Position numbers and translations under genes: made by a program. The notes below the pieces were generated by a model. The model did no database searches. It was not told the origin of the DNA and saw only the letters and a list, made by a program, of their open reading frames with translations. A DNA stretch of 64,000 bases from Trichoplax adhaerens. Its lineage: Eukaryota; Animalia; Placozoa. Below are positions 1 through 14,115 of this stretch, piece after piece; position 1 is the stretch's first letter; the number at the start of each line of letters is the position of its first letter. The stretch spans positions 1,819,732 to 1,883,731 of the forward strand of contig NW_002060943.1 in assembly GCF_000150275.1 (NCBI RefSeq). The letters run 5' to 3'.

Positions 1-2038
1 ACGGTATCTAGCAACAAGTAGTACAATAACATAAACGATTAAAACTATAACAGTAATGATGGCTAGAACACCTCCAACAATTAATGGAGCTATACTTTGA
101 TGGAATCGTCTGTCTTGATGCTTATCTTTGGATGGACAGTAGAATACTATAATAAAATAGATATGTTAGTAAAATGCATGAAATTAATAGTTAGTTTCTC
201 ATGACTGTAAGGGAAACTACCAGATTAAACTATAGTTGCTATTATTGTTACGCTTACCTTTATAACTAAATTGGCCGTTAGTTACATCGAATGGCTGTAA
301 TTTTATATTATTTATACGTATGGAACCATCTTGAGGCTGGAATTGAAAATCATAACCCTGATGACAGACAAATGTTTGATGGCTAAAACCAGTCATTGCT
401 AAAATCAATGTCTGAGGCTTAACGTAGAGGTCAACGCTTTGATTTGAGTTTACTATATATGAGGATAGAGTAGAAATAATTTCTTATCACAATCTTTCTA
501 ATATCGTTTGAAATTTTACATTACATCAGCAAATTATTAAGTTTCAATCATTCTACCGCCCAAAGAACTAGCTCAATCTTCAGCCTATCGCATAAGACTC
601 AAGTATGCAAATGTGTTCATGTTTGAATATGAAAGGACTATTAAGTATCATACCGCACTGATCCAATATTGAAATAGATATGCTAACTATAAAAAGCTAT
701 CTACTAAATCGTGCGCCTGCTAACTGCTAAAAGATAGTAATTTGAAACTAATAATATTTTATTACTTTAGACTATCTATTTCGATAATATGTGGCTATGT
801 ATCGCCAGTGATAATAAGTTAGTAATATATAAGGATATTTATTGCATAGTTCAATTAATAAAATTAGCCAAATTACGAACTCTGTAAATTATCTTTTTAA
901 TGTTATATTCGAACATTAAACCAGACGTTAATCAGTAATCGTATAGCTGCATAATAATAGTATCATTTTTACCTGCTACTGTTTTATTTTTCGGAGATAT
1001 TATAACATCTAACTGGTCCATTTTCCATTCAGATACTGGTTTACCTGCTGGTTTATGAGTCATTTTAAACTGGAAATCGCAACTATATTGATAATAATCA
1101 TCCTTCCATTGTAACTGGAGAAAAGACGTTCCATTTTCCTGACAGTAACCACTAGCACTAGCTGTACGAGGCGCATTGACGAGTCTGTAATTTGTCTATG
1201 GAAGAAATTATAAGTATCTATGTCACAATACTGTAGTTATCGATATAGAGCGATCGTTTTCTATAACAATATTAATCTTGAATATAGAAATAGTGAGAGC
1301 ATATTGATGTTTTCGATATTGCAGTGTAACCTTATCATTGGATCGATTATAGTGCACAGTTATTAAACAGGACTTTTACCTCACCTTGATTACAGTAAAT
1401 ATAGTTTATACTGGACTACTCCTTAGTTTATGACTAAGATTAAGCTTTAATTCCCCAGAATTAGATGATAACCATTAGCATGATGTAAGTAATAGTATAG
1501 TTAGCCTTGAAGATTATAATATATCTAATTGATTACATTATGGCAGTTACCTGCTATCTTGAGAATTCTACATTATATACGAATATAAACTTGTACATAC
1601 AAATACTAAAATGATAAAATGCAATACACTACTCATGTAGCACATTATCCTGTTCTAGCTAGCGATTTTGTTGAAGGAAATCGATAACAAACATACATGT
1701 AATATAATAAATGTATCTAATTATTCGTATATTATGGCAACTTTGATTTAAAGAAAATCTTCATTGGTTTTAGTAATTGCTAATTAATTTAAAATACAGA
1801 TTGATCCGTTTGTGCTCATGCATGTTATTATATTCTACCATTGTATTTCTGGGCAAATAGGGAAGATCAGAATTGGTTAAATTCAGTTGAATGGCCATAA
1901 TGGCTAGTAAACATGCTGTTCCTTGTTCGTTATGAAGACTCCAATAGCCAACTTTAGGACCACTATTTTGGATACCTTCTGCCGTTTGAACAGTGGTAAC
2001 GCTGGATGCCGTACATGAATATATCCTAGTAATTAACA
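1..2038 (-). CDS. LAMP-family lysosome-associated membrane glycoprotein, paralog 2 (partial: signal-peptide exon not located, C-terminal tail runs off the window)
   Basis: GT-AG exons 2038-1839, 1195-973, 452-258 and 146-1 splice in frame. The product has the LAMP-domain pattern (GYWSLHNEQGTACLLAIMAIQLNL...ASASGYC...QTFVCHQG...IKLQPFDV...FYCP) followed by a TM helix (IAPLIVGGVLAIITVIVLIVYVIV). Exon phases match the neighbouring LAMP gene. Confidence 0.85.
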
Positions 2039-5000
2039 CTATATCAAAATAATCAATAGATCAGTTACCTCCTTTCATGCATTCGAACCAGTGCGATCGA
2101 AACTAAAATTAAAATCTATATTTCGCTCTCCCCTTACGAGCATGAAATTCTTGATTTTTGCAATATGATATTATTATTCGTAAACTGGCCAGATTATTGT
2201 TCATCTATGATAATACTTTGGTAACTAAGCTAATAGATAATATTACAGTATTTCTAATCCAAAAGTAAATAAATGGCAACGTAAATCCTGGATGACAATT
2301 CCATCTAATATTTTTATTGGTAGAATATGCAAGATCTACCTTTCTAGAGAGGGTACTAATTTTTATGCAAAGCAATATAGAATTTGTTTAAAAATATTTG
2401 TAGGAAAGGGTGATGTTATGGGAAAAATTTTATGATAGATTTTGTAACATATAATGTTTTCGTGTTCTGTTACATTGGCAAGATAACTAGTCTCTTTTTT
2501 AAAATGAAGATAGAGCTGAGGTTAAACAAATGGCTTCTATAATCATACCTGCTATCAAAACTTGGCAAGAAAATATTTTGAATGTTGATAACATATTGGC
2601 TAAGACTGAATTTTTGGAGATCAATCGCAGCAAAGATTAAGATAAATACTTCGTCCAACCATACAGTCCTGATATAGTTTATCCTATTAATTTGAAACAT
2701 AGCTTAGCAATACACGTACTGTTAATGCGGAAGCTGATAGAATATCACCTTCAATTGGTAATATTAGTTGAATATGTGAAATTAAAGCTTCCCAATTTAA
2801 TAATAATACTCATCTATTCTTTCAAATATTAGATTTAATACCTTAACTTTTAACTAGCGGTCTCAAGGGAATTAGTTGTTTATCAGTCATTTTGTCATCT
2901 TAATTAATCTAATCTAGAAAATTAGAATATAAGCTAAAAATTCCCTCCAGATATACAGAGGAAGTATTTATAGTAACGATGATATTTTTGAAAAATTCCT
3001 AATTTAATGTCATATTAAGTCATAGCCTTTCTCAAGTTCTATGCTTCTATTATAGAAATAATTTAATTAATAATTTTGTTTCCGATGGTGAACATTTCAA
3101 CCAGTGATGATCAAGATGACGTCAGAAGTATGCCCTTATAGTAGACATATGATTTATTAGTCATGAAGTTGCTTGACTATTTGCTGGTCGAGAAAAGGCA
3201 TTACATATGGTAGCATATTGCTGTCTAATATCAATGAATTTTACTCTAATGGTTAAATTGGGTTAGTAGAAGTATAATAAATCAGAATATGGATTGTCTC
3301 TTATAAATTTTGATGATTTAAAATTTCTCATATAAAGTTGATTCTATAGTAATAAAAATTTGTTTTATTATAAAATAATATTGGAAGCGGTTTTAATTCT
3401 ATCACTATCTATATAATACGATTACTTACTTTAATGTATGTACTACAATGTTACTATAAAGTCTTTTAAGAATCAAGAAATTACCAGTACTTTTCTAGAT
3501 TTCATTTCGGTAGTAATTATTGATCCCATTTCTCTACGGTATCTTTGATAATAATAGCCAATATGGATGATTTTGTATATTCAGGTGTTCTACTAATTTC
3601 AGCATAAATCTACCAACTCACGATGCTATCATAACATATAGTGGGAAATATAATTAATTATATACATAATAGAAGCATATTGTTGTTTACTATACGTATA
3701 TTTTGATTTAGATTAAATATTGCGATCATATCTAATTAATTTTCATACTTTAATTTTTAGTTTATTACGAATTTCTACGTAATATTTGCATTTGCAAATA
3801 TATTATTTATTCATTTTAACTTGATAACTGTAGTTAAAATAGATATAACAATTCTTTAAATTATAGAGCATATTTTATAATTTTATTTTCATCTTTAGTC
3901 GTTCTATATTGATTTATTCTAATTTTCAGTAATAGAAAAGATTTTTATGAATAGTCGATATAACTTTGCGAGTTCTTCAGATTAATACCAGCTATTATGA
4001 TATTAAATTCTAAATTTTATCTATTAAAGCAAAGTAATAAAACAAAAGATTGAAATTCTTTGATTAATGGATTAAGTATTAGTATTTGATATTTTGAAAT
4101 TATTTATAGATTAGTTTATAATAGGTTGTGTAAATATCAAAATCTACTATCTAGATAGGAATTGATCGAATACGGCAAGAGTATTTGCAATTGTATGTAG
4201 CAAAATTGTAATTTCTATTGTAAATACTGTAGATCACAAAATAGCATTGATCGTCATTTTTTTCACTGTTAGCTAACGATTAGAAGATAATTACCAACTT
4301 AGTAGTCTTTATTTGTAAAATTTAATGCTATGATATGATAAGCTAAGCTCGAACGTGTGCTACAAGTACAAGATTAGAAAATGAAAACGATCATTTTGAG
4401 ACTTGATAAAGTTAAAACTCACACGGTCGTGAAATTTTTCCGTATTAACTATTAAATATTATACAGTTTAACGTCCCAAACATTAACAACCTGCTTTGCG
4501 AAGTTAGGAACTAGATATGTTAGATTGGTCTAGTAGTAAGCTTATTAACTGATGTCAACCAGTACTGGCAATGGTGTTGTGATTCCTATGTTGCTATAGG
4601 ATTGCTACCATATCGACCATTTACTATAAGTATCATTAAGTTAGCATAGCAAAACGGGTGGTTAATCCTGGTATTGCTACTTTACTCGAAATGAATTGCT
4701 TTTTAGACAATACTTACTTTAAAATAGTATCTAGTATTCTAGGATACAAAAAAAATTATGAAACACATATGGTATTACATCATACAGCTAGTTGTACACA
4801 ACTGCTTTCTTTCTAGACTTAATTTACCGACAAGAAAAATGCAACCGTTAACACCACATGACATCTTAACAATCTGTCGGAAAATTACATTAATTATAAA
4901 GCATCGAACTCTGAATCCCTTGCAACCTTTCAAATCTTTAATGATTGTTCTGCTTCTATATTTCATATAGTAATAAGTCTTTGAATTTGTACAGATCCAA

Positions 5001-6499
5001 ATTTACTATATCCTTATATCATAAAATTGGAAAGTACAGGGACAGATTTCGTTTTCACATGACTACATATAGCTATGTTCTACACGTATGCTATATTAAT
5101 CACCTGTAGAAAGATAATTCAAGCTAATCTTTTTATATCACATTTAAATACAATCATTCGACACCGTAGATAATAGAATGAGAAATAGGTCGTTTAACGT
5201 AAGTTTAAGATGATTTTAATATGTTGGACTATCTACAAGTAGATAAACCAGGCTAATCAATTTCAGATGGAATAGTAATTATTCGAAAGTATTGTGTATT
5301 TAGCAATATATTTTGAGGTCTTATAGTAATAACAACAGTTTCTCTCCAATTCTTCCTGTAGTATAAGATTGCAGTGATATTAGATACTGTAAATCAAATG
5401 TTGTCTGGATAAAGAATTCAACGACTAATTTTATCATAGGTGGATATGGATATACATAGAGACTCAATTCAGATCATATACCGGTAATAAGGGAGTATGG
5501 TATGTATTTTATTGTTTCTATCTTCTTTTCAAATATATAAAGCGTCAAAGGGATAAATAGAGGATAAAATAAATTATCAGTATCTTAATGGCTAAATTAT
5601 ACACCGATTAAAACAACTGTAGGATAATCATTATTCATACGATGATATCTTATCCATGCACTAATAGTAATGATAGATAGAAATGAACAAACATTATAAA
5701 CTGTCTACAAATGCCAATATGAATAACAAGGATAGCAAAGATATAATAAGAATTTAATTTAGTCTTTCAGCGTTATACATTATATTGTAACAAAGCATAA
5801 ACCATATTATTCAATAATAAGAAATGATCTATATTGATTTTCATTTAATGCAATTGTTGAGCAATTTCAATATTAAGCATTGATCTCTACTTCTTTATCT
5901 ATTGATTGAAAAGCTGTTGGTTAATCAATTAATTACGAAGTAGGATATCATAAATAAATTATTATCTATAAATGATTAAGGTTGTCCAATTGACAAAATC
6001 TATCTATCCTTATTCCTATATTCATTGATATACTGTTATATTATGATCATGAACCGTCATCTCTACCACTTAACACCATTTAATTGACTAGAATATTATT
6101 CCTATTGCAATTACAAATACAATAAAATGTCAATCGATTTTAGATTATAACTAATTCTATCTGAATATATCTGATCTTCTTGACTGAAGTGGTCGTTGAT
6201 TCCAAATATAGTTCTCATTTAGCCAAATATGCAGCTTTTATATTTGATTTGATTCAAAATGTTGTAATCCCATGTAGGAGCTTTTTCAATATTGTTATTC
6301 AGAATTTATTAACTTCTACACCAGAATAAAATGTTAAAATTGTCAAAGATTATATGGCAATTCATTCACCTTAAAATGTATTAGCTTGTTCTATATCATT
6401 AGATGATAGAAAATCATGATGTTCAAGCTGTGGTAATAAATGTATACAATGAATCTACTTACCAAACATTTATCTGGATCATAAATAGGCAGCGACCAT

Positions 6500-9400
6500 T
6501 TACATAGATTGATAGCCAGCTCGGACACGATGGCGAGAGAAAACATAAGCCAACAAAGTAATCAAGAAACTTGCTGTGATTAAACTACCGACCAGAATAG
6601 GGACGGTGTTATCCTTTTTAGGAGCAAATGGGCTATCATGGACACAATACCAGACTAATGAACAGAAATAGAATCAATAAAAATGCGATAAGAAAGCTTG
6701 AAAAAATAGGCATGGAAGCCCAAAAGATATTGTTTAATGGGTAAAATAGGCGATGATTATTTTCTAGATAATCAATCTTACGTTTAAAGCTGAATTTATT
6801 GTCAACCACATCAAATGGTTGAGCACGGACATTAACAATATCGACATTTCCCTTGTTATCCATAAAATTCAGTTTATAGCCAGTACCACAGATTAGAGAT
6901 TGATGGCTCAGTGCTTTAACTTCCTCTAAGTAGGTGCTGTTGACCTCCCCTACTTGATCGCCCATAGCTATTCCAAATTAAAAATAACTTCATTAGTTTA
7001 TATTGCTTTCATATAAGGGTATATTGCGATTAATTCTACTACCTCCTAACAAATTATCAAGAGCTAACTTACGCATAGCATCAGGAATACCACCAAGTTT
7101 GTAATTTAATTTAACAGAACGAGTTCTCCACCAATCAACCAACTTGGGTGGTACAGCTTTCAATAGATAAAAGTGAAAATGGAGCGCGAAGTCATTACCA
7201 TTGTCATGCCACATTACGGAGAAAGATGAAGTCATGTTAAATTGGCAGGTGCCTTCAGCACTAGCATTGGTTGGAACATTGGATGAAAATACCTATAGAT
7301 TCAGATAAGAATTAAAACCCAAAATTCAATAATTACACATACTATGACTAATAATGTGGGAAATACGTTCAAAAAGGCTATTTGGCATTAAAAAATATTC
7401 TTTATACTTTCAAGCCGTTTGATTAGTCTAAGAAATTAAACTAGCCTAGCCAACAATCAAACAACTTACATGGATAGCATCACTTCCAGGTACTTTGTAA
7501 AAGACATTAACTCTAATTCCCATTTGGAAAAGCATGCAAGATTGATCTTTAGAGTTGGTGATATTCCAAAATCCAGTCGGGATCGTAAGTCTATCCACAG
7601 TTGCTGTTGCTGCTGTTGCTGTTGTTGCTTTTACTGTTGCTTTTACTGTTGCTTTTGTTGCTGCTGGAGTTGCCTTTACTGTCGTAGCTGGAACTGTATC
7701 CGCAGCAAAACAGACTATAAAATTTTTTTCAAATAATGATAAATGCACATTAGACCTATTGCATTTATTCTATCGTTTTACGTAGTATTTAAAAGGTTAT
7801 GCATATAAAAGTATGTTATCAATTAGACCTGAGAAAGGTTCGGTTCGGTTCAAACCGTTTTGATCTATACATGAACCTGAACCTGAACCACTTTGACATC
7901 GTCTATCAATACATAATATGGTCTTCTTTTGTACAAGCAGCAAAATCGATCAATGTTAAACTGTGACATAATTTTTTAACTTTGAAGTGAATTCGAAAAG
8001 ACTTTCAATTATTTTTAAATAAAAATTCGATTTAGGTTAAAGTATGAGTATTGAACAGAAGTGTTCAAGAAACTTCATGCGCAGAATAGAACCAAATCTT
8101 GACTAAGACTAAATAGATACTAAGCGTAGTATAGGGGCAAGAAACAATATTGCTGCGTTTTCTTACACCAAAATAGATATTACTATTCGTGATATTTTTT
8201 GTAATCTCAGGGAATTGACGGTACAAAAACTGTTAAGCTATCTTCAGCTGTCAAGCTGTTCTGTTGGATGAAAGTAATGGCATAAAATTCCCTTCAAACG
8301 AAGCAAGAAATAAATGAATATCAATTTTGCCTTGTTTATTCATGTCTATCAGATTAATCGATCTCATTTTGTACTCCTCTCTTTTGTGAAGCAACATTCT
8401 CCCCCAAGGTTTGATAGACTGAGATGTTTTACGTTGTTAGCCGGTCTAATCTTGGAAAATCCTTCATTACGGAAGACTTAACTAGAGTTAAAATTGATTG
8501 ATATTCCATTTACTAATTACATAAATTATAAAACTACTTGTGTCATGAGTAATGCCTGCCATCAGTGCAGAATATGGATTGCTACGCGTATATCCGTAGA
8601 GTTATAGCGCAAGATATATTACAGTGTATCGATTCTTCCCAATGTCAATAGCAAAAAGAATCACCAGATGCCATAAAGTATTGCCGTACTGCATGCGGCC
8701 ATGAGGCTTACTTACACCTACAGTATACCAATTTATACTATCTCATTCAATGGCTGTTATTTCCATAGTGCCTTCAACAGTATCTTATATTATACGATAT
8801 GAAGATTGGGATTGAATGAGATTACTATCATGTTTTTGACCAGCTGACTTCAAGTTTACCATATGTCGATTAAATAAGAATAAGTCATACAATTCTATAT
8901 TAGCCAAAGATTTGTTTGAATTGCGCATGAGGTTTCCTGCTTATTAGTGTTTAATATTGTACATGTAGTCAAATGAATAATTCTTGTAAATGTCTTTTAT
9001 TTGACTGGATGTTAGATCATTTTTTGGTTTTGTTTCTCTATGGATACTCGGATATGTTGACGGATTATTTCACTACTTGAACTATAATCATTATATAGTT
9101 TGTACAATGATATTGCTTAGCATTTTTCGGTGTTTCATTAAATCGTTAGTGATTAGTAGCAAATTTCAATGAAGGAAGTCGAAATTTTCGTTATTTTTTA
9201 TCCAAGAAATAAATAGATAAATGATAGTAATAGTAAAACATATAAATACGTAAAGTAATTTTGAAATGAGACTTGATTCAATTTAATAGGAAAATATTTC
9301 ATTTAAAACAGATGCTCCTACACTAAGGCAATAGAATTGCAAAATATGTAAAAAAATATCGAATCCGTTGGCGTGGTTTTAACCTATGGAATATTTATTC

Positions 9401-10427
9401 AGTGGGTATAGTGTACGGTACAACACGGCATGTTCATGAAAGTATCAATCCTAGTGAATAACGGTACAGGATATGAGTAAAAGTAAAATAATCCCTGATT
9501 AACTTTACAAGGTATGATAGCACATCGCTATTTTGGAGTTGAAACCAGGCCAGGAATAAATTTTTTTAATGCTGTAACCATTACTTCAATCAGGATAGGA
9601 ATGAAATTTCAAAAATAGTTTAATACAATAACTATTGAGATTTCAAATCTAAACTAAGCTATCCTTTAAATTTTACACGCACAAAGTTGACTGGGAAAAA
9701 TACACTAGTTGTAAGAAATATATTGGGCAGATGAGACAAATATTCTCGTACATGAGGAATTATTCTATTGCGAAATGGTATAATGAGCTAGCAACAGGTA
9801 GAAAGAGTTTCCTTAAGATGAAATAGACCTATTCTGTGCAATACTCTTTTCAAATACATATGCAATGAATAAACCTTGTGCTTTTAAGACTGTAACCTAT
9901 TAACACTAATTGGTATGTTTTAGGAAGAAATGACTACCGGTAATTTGACATTATAGCCAAGTGTCAATGAATTTAGAAATGATTTTATAGTTACTTTAAG
10001 TGAACCGAAGTGAATTGGTTGTAAGTATAGAGTTTTTCCCATCTTTGATAGTTAATCTTTATGTTATCCGAAAAGTAATTTCCATAAAAAATGAAATACC
10101 AAGTACTGCGGATGACAGCCTGGTATTCTTCATTATTGCTAATTATTATTATAGCATATTTACTACCACAATTGCAAAAAAATTCAATTGCACAGTTCCA
10201 TGTCGAAAGGAGGGATTAGAAAATTGAGTTTAGGAAGTATTTAATAATCAGTATCAGATCATGATAAACTATGAACAAGTTAAAAAGTCGATATCATAAC
10301 TAGTAGAACTTAAAGTGAACGGATTATCTATTGCCAATTTACAAGTTCTAACATTGTCATCTTTCCAAGACTTACCAGTTAATGAACAGCATAATACCAA
10401 AACGGCTAGTGACTTGAAAGAATTCAT
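6500..10427 (-). CDS. LAMP: LAMP-family lysosome-associated membrane glycoprotein (single LAMP domain, Thr/Ala-rich stalk), ~285 aa
   Basis: Exons 10427-10376 (signal peptide MNSFKSLAVLVLCCSLT), 7714-7470, 7292-7073, 6967-6782 and 6654-6500, all GT-AG and in frame. LAMP cysteines and the RAQPF motif are present, then TM VPILVGSLITASFLITLLAYVF and tail RHRVRAGYQSM* (GYxxPhi lysosomal sorting signal). Confidence 0.93.
7600..7690 (-). repeat. Coding low-complexity repeat (ATVK/TATA peptide units) forming the mucin-like stalk of LAMP
   Basis: gttgctgttgct / gcttttactgtt repeats inside LAMP exon 2. These explain the spurious poly-Cys ORF on the + strand. Confidence 0.85.
7824..8480 (-). mobile_element. 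Possible decayed hAT-like DNA transposon remnant in LAMP intron 1
   Basis: The terminus-like sequence tagacctgagaaaggttcggttc(ggttc) with GGTTC/GAACC subterminal repeats recurs near 35374 (tagatctgagaaaggttcggttc). A stop-interrupted minus-strand fragment KDFPRLDRL...LGENVASQKR (~8360-8470) loosely resembles a hAT C-terminal dimerisation domain. Confidence 0.35.
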
Positions 10428-11174
10428 GTCTTGGATTTAGAGTTTTTTTCTCTTAAAGTCGCTCCTTTCAAAAATGGTATTTGAAAATTTATCTCGCCTT
10501 TAAGACAACGTGTAGAAGTCAGCAGATAGGACAGCACGGGGAATGGCGCAAGAGCTTTAAACTCTGAAAGTCCACACGACGCCGACTGAGATGGAATGAA
10601 TTAAGATATCATAAAAGTAAGTTTATCTCTTTATTCTAGTGCGTATTCACGGTCATATCCGTTATTGACTTTGTATAACATTTACCGGATGGCAGAAGGT
10701 TGCACTGACTTGATTCGATAATGACCATATGCTATGTTATGCGAATGCAGCTGTCATCCAATTTTCCATATTAATGCCTGGATATCATATGGCAGAAATA
10801 TTTGATTCTATTTAGTCCACGACTTGGAGCATGTTCAATCAATAGACCAGCCGATTAATTTGATATTAATTAAGGAACTATTTTAACTATCTCGATCAAT
10901 TATAATATTATTTTTTTTAATTGATATTTCCGAAGGATTCTATAATATCGAAATATTATAGATCATTATTATGTCGCACAGTGATATTGTTAGCGATATA
11001 TGAGTAGGCAGCCATTTATAAATATTCCTGTACTTTGACTCATGCGTAAGTATATTTTTCTGCAACAACATCGTATACTACTGCTGTAAATTGGCTATAT
11101 AACAGGTTCTTTTTAAATCGAAATTATTTCCCCTATTGGTATATATGCATTGCATTCTAGATACGCATATATGA

Positions 11175-11449
11175 GACATGTTCTATTTTTAGGTCAATTA
11201 GATCGGTTACTAATTTCTTCGATAAATTTATCTGGTTTCACTTAGTCTTTACCTCATGTAGTTTCATTGTATGTAAATGAAGGTCAGGGTTAGGGTTAGG
11301 ATTAGCGTTAGCAATAAGGTCTTATTGTATAGCAGTTATAGGAATTAAGGCATAAAAATGCTGTAAACATGTTTGTCAATATACCTCACTATGATAGTAG
11401 TGCATAATTTATGCATAGAAGTTATTGACCTAAAAGTAAAGGGCATGCC
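11175..11449. mobile_element. MITE-like non-autonomous element (275 bp) with internal telomere-like repeats
   Basis: Imperfect ~27-bp terminal inverted repeats (gacatgttctatttttaggtcaat ... attgacctaaaagtaaagggcatgcc) with a perfect 12-bp core. Flanked by a 4-bp direct repeat ATGA (11171-11174 and 11450-11453). Internal ggtcagggttagggttaggattagcgttag. Confidence 0.6.
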
Positions 11450-12364
11450 ATGATAATATATAAACTCGTATGGATGTAGGTGGTATCTGTTTACTTCCTT
11501 ACCGTGCGTCTACTCATGTTCATCAGCGTGCTTTGTGGTCCGAGAGTTCCCACTAGATAGAGTGTATCTACTATTTGTATTGCATCCAGTCGTTAAATCT
11601 AACGTATAAAAACTGCCTTGTCAATCCTAAAAGTTTTCTCGCATCTTCCTACATCTATTAAGTTTCATCAATATATTTCTGCAGTAGCTAATTCTAATAA
11701 AAATTGCCTTGTGAACGTTGAAGTCTTTTTCCTTCTACTTATTTTGTATCTTCCTACACTTACTACGCTAATGACTATTTTATTAATGGATTCTTTGATT
11801 GGACTATTTAAACTATCAAGTCAAGCTGCCTTGTCAGCTCTAAATATCTTTCATCTATTTAATATCTTTGTATCTTTTTACACCAACTGCAGACTTGCAT
11901 ATTGGATAGGTAGAATTCTTTGATTTGGATAATAATAATAACCAATAAAACTATCCATTCACCCATGCATCTTTATTCTATTCAATTTTTTCGTATAGTA
12001 ACTACGGTACAACATTGAATTTTGAAAGATTCCACCGGTTATATTGTACAATCATAGTCACCTCGTCAGTTTTAAACTTCATTCTTGTAATCCATTTCCT
12101 GATATCTTATTACCCTAACTACCGTACTATTCCTTTAATAGATTCTGTTGGTTAAATTAGAGTTCTTAGCAAGTGTGAAGTAGATAAAGAACGTAATAAC
12201 TTCGAGTAAAAGATACGATTATTTATGGAATTATTTACCTACGATCATACCGCATTTCAGTGACTTGAGTACGTCATTATAAATTCAATATAGGAGAAAA
12301 TATTGTCCATTCTAAACTCTACGTCGATAGACTAGACGAATATATTAATAGATTAGATTCAATG

Positions 12365-12935
12365 GCATTCGTGTAAAACTTGATAAACTCCATTCTTATT
12401 AACGACAAATTTGATTACATAGCTAAGGTTGTTTAGTAATGAGTTATTTACTGCTATTGCCCTTGTTTGACTTATCGACCGTAATTGAACGCATTCTAAC
12501 GATTCGGTTTTTGAATTATCCATTTATTTTAAAGTAGTATCCTCTTTGATTGCACTACTAATCTAATATTATTAATAATTCTTTCTCGCTTCTTCATCTA
12601 ACTATACGGGTGTAGTGCAACGGGTTTAACATCGAAGTGAAATTCTTATTTACAGTTAGTATCGGAATTAACTTGAAGTGCTACAGTAGAATTCTATGCT
12701 TGTGTAGTTTAACATGATTGGTTGCTCGTATCCCGGCATGAGCATTCGCGTAAAACCTTAATAAACTCAATTCCCCTTGTTTACGACAAATTTGGTTCTA
12801 TTGGCAATGAACGAATGATTTATCCTTGCGACACTGATTAGCCCCAATTGTACGCGTTTTTAACGAATCTGTTGTTGAGTTATCCATTTATATTACAGTA
12901 AGATTATTCTTGATGATATTACGAGTCCAATATCA
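12365..12935. repeat. Degenerate direct duplication (offset ~364-377 bp)
   Basis: gcattcg.gtaaaac...taaactc.attc, acgacaaatttg and ttatccattta occur from 12365 and again from 12742. Confidence 0.7.
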
Positions 12936-13419
12936 TTTCTCCTTTATTAGTATTAATGCTAAATTCATTTGCAATTGGTATTTCTGCTCTATTAGTAATA
13001 ATTTAGGATAGATATGGACACCGCTTGGTTTCATTTGAATCAATTTATCTTCTGTTCTACAAATCAATCATTGATATCCATTGCAACCATAGTCCACTTG
13101 GTAAGGATGCTATTTTGAATCACTTTAGCAGTAAGAGTTTCGACTTCAGAGCTCGACCTCTTCACTGTGCACTGATAACTTTGAAGGGAACCCGTTGCTG
13201 TATGCTCGCCAAGACCATGATGGCACTTAAACGGCTGCGCTTCTTGAAATGAACAGATCGAACAACGTATACAATTGGACCTACTATGATTTTAAATTAT
13301 AAAGTTTATCTCCAAGAAATGAAATTGATCCATTTTGACAGTGCAATTGACTTATTGGACCCTGCTTTAGTGGCCACGCACAGCCACAACCATTGTACTT
13401 TATGATAAAGTCTCTTGAC

Positions 13420-14115
13420 ACTTACTGTACTGTATGCAGTATACGCGTATATATTTACTTTAGTCCCTGCTCATAAACATTTAATAATCAAGTACAGTAG
13501 CATAGTTTTGGGATCAGATCCTAACTTGGAAGAATGACCATCCTAATTTTCTTCGCAGTGGCCAAGGATACAGTACAGCCGACAATACAATTATTTTATT
13601 CATTAAAAATCGTTGACAAATTTCTACTATGCTGTTACACTGTATACAGTGCAGTGAAAATTGATTCATTGTGCTACAGTAGTACAGTACAGTTATACGC
13701 GTACATCTGATGGTAGGATCTAGTATAGTGGTCCATAGATGAGAATCTTGTTTTTCAGTACTAAAGCGTAATATCTACGTAATATCACACGTCAAATACT
13801 TTATTTGCCTTTATTTCGTTTTATTTTATAGTGATATATTCTATTCCGTTTTTCATTTTATTTTTTTTTTATTTACCGTTCAACCACCTCATAGCATACC
13901 ACTGGCACTCCAGTAGAACTGTCTTACAGTATATTGCACTGTAAAGTACAGTACAGTACTGTACCGTACTGTACTGTAGGGTACAACAGGAGATAGAAAC
14001 AGTACAGTCAAAGTCAAAAAAATTTTTACCCGTACAGTACTGCACATTGTATGTATATTATGGAGGTAAAACACTTTTTGCCTACCTCTATGGTATTTAG
14101 TACTGTACTGTATGA
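13420..14115. promoter_or_regulatory. GTAC/TACAGTAC-rich cluster in the divergent LAMP / ATG4 upstream interval
   Basis: Dense runs such as gtacagtacagtactgtaccgtactgtactgtag (~13946-13979), about 0.6-1.2 kb upstream of the ATG4 start. The regulatory role is inferred. Confidence 0.45.

Noticed and set aside
7470-7785. Plus-strand ORFs with poly-Cys and Ala/Val repeats
   Set aside because: Antisense shadows of the Thr/Ala-rich LAMP exon.
11503-11552. Exon-like segment on the minus strand upstream of LAMP, checked for a THAP4/nitrobindin-like neighbour of ATG4
   Set aside because: No recognisable protein and no partner exons found.
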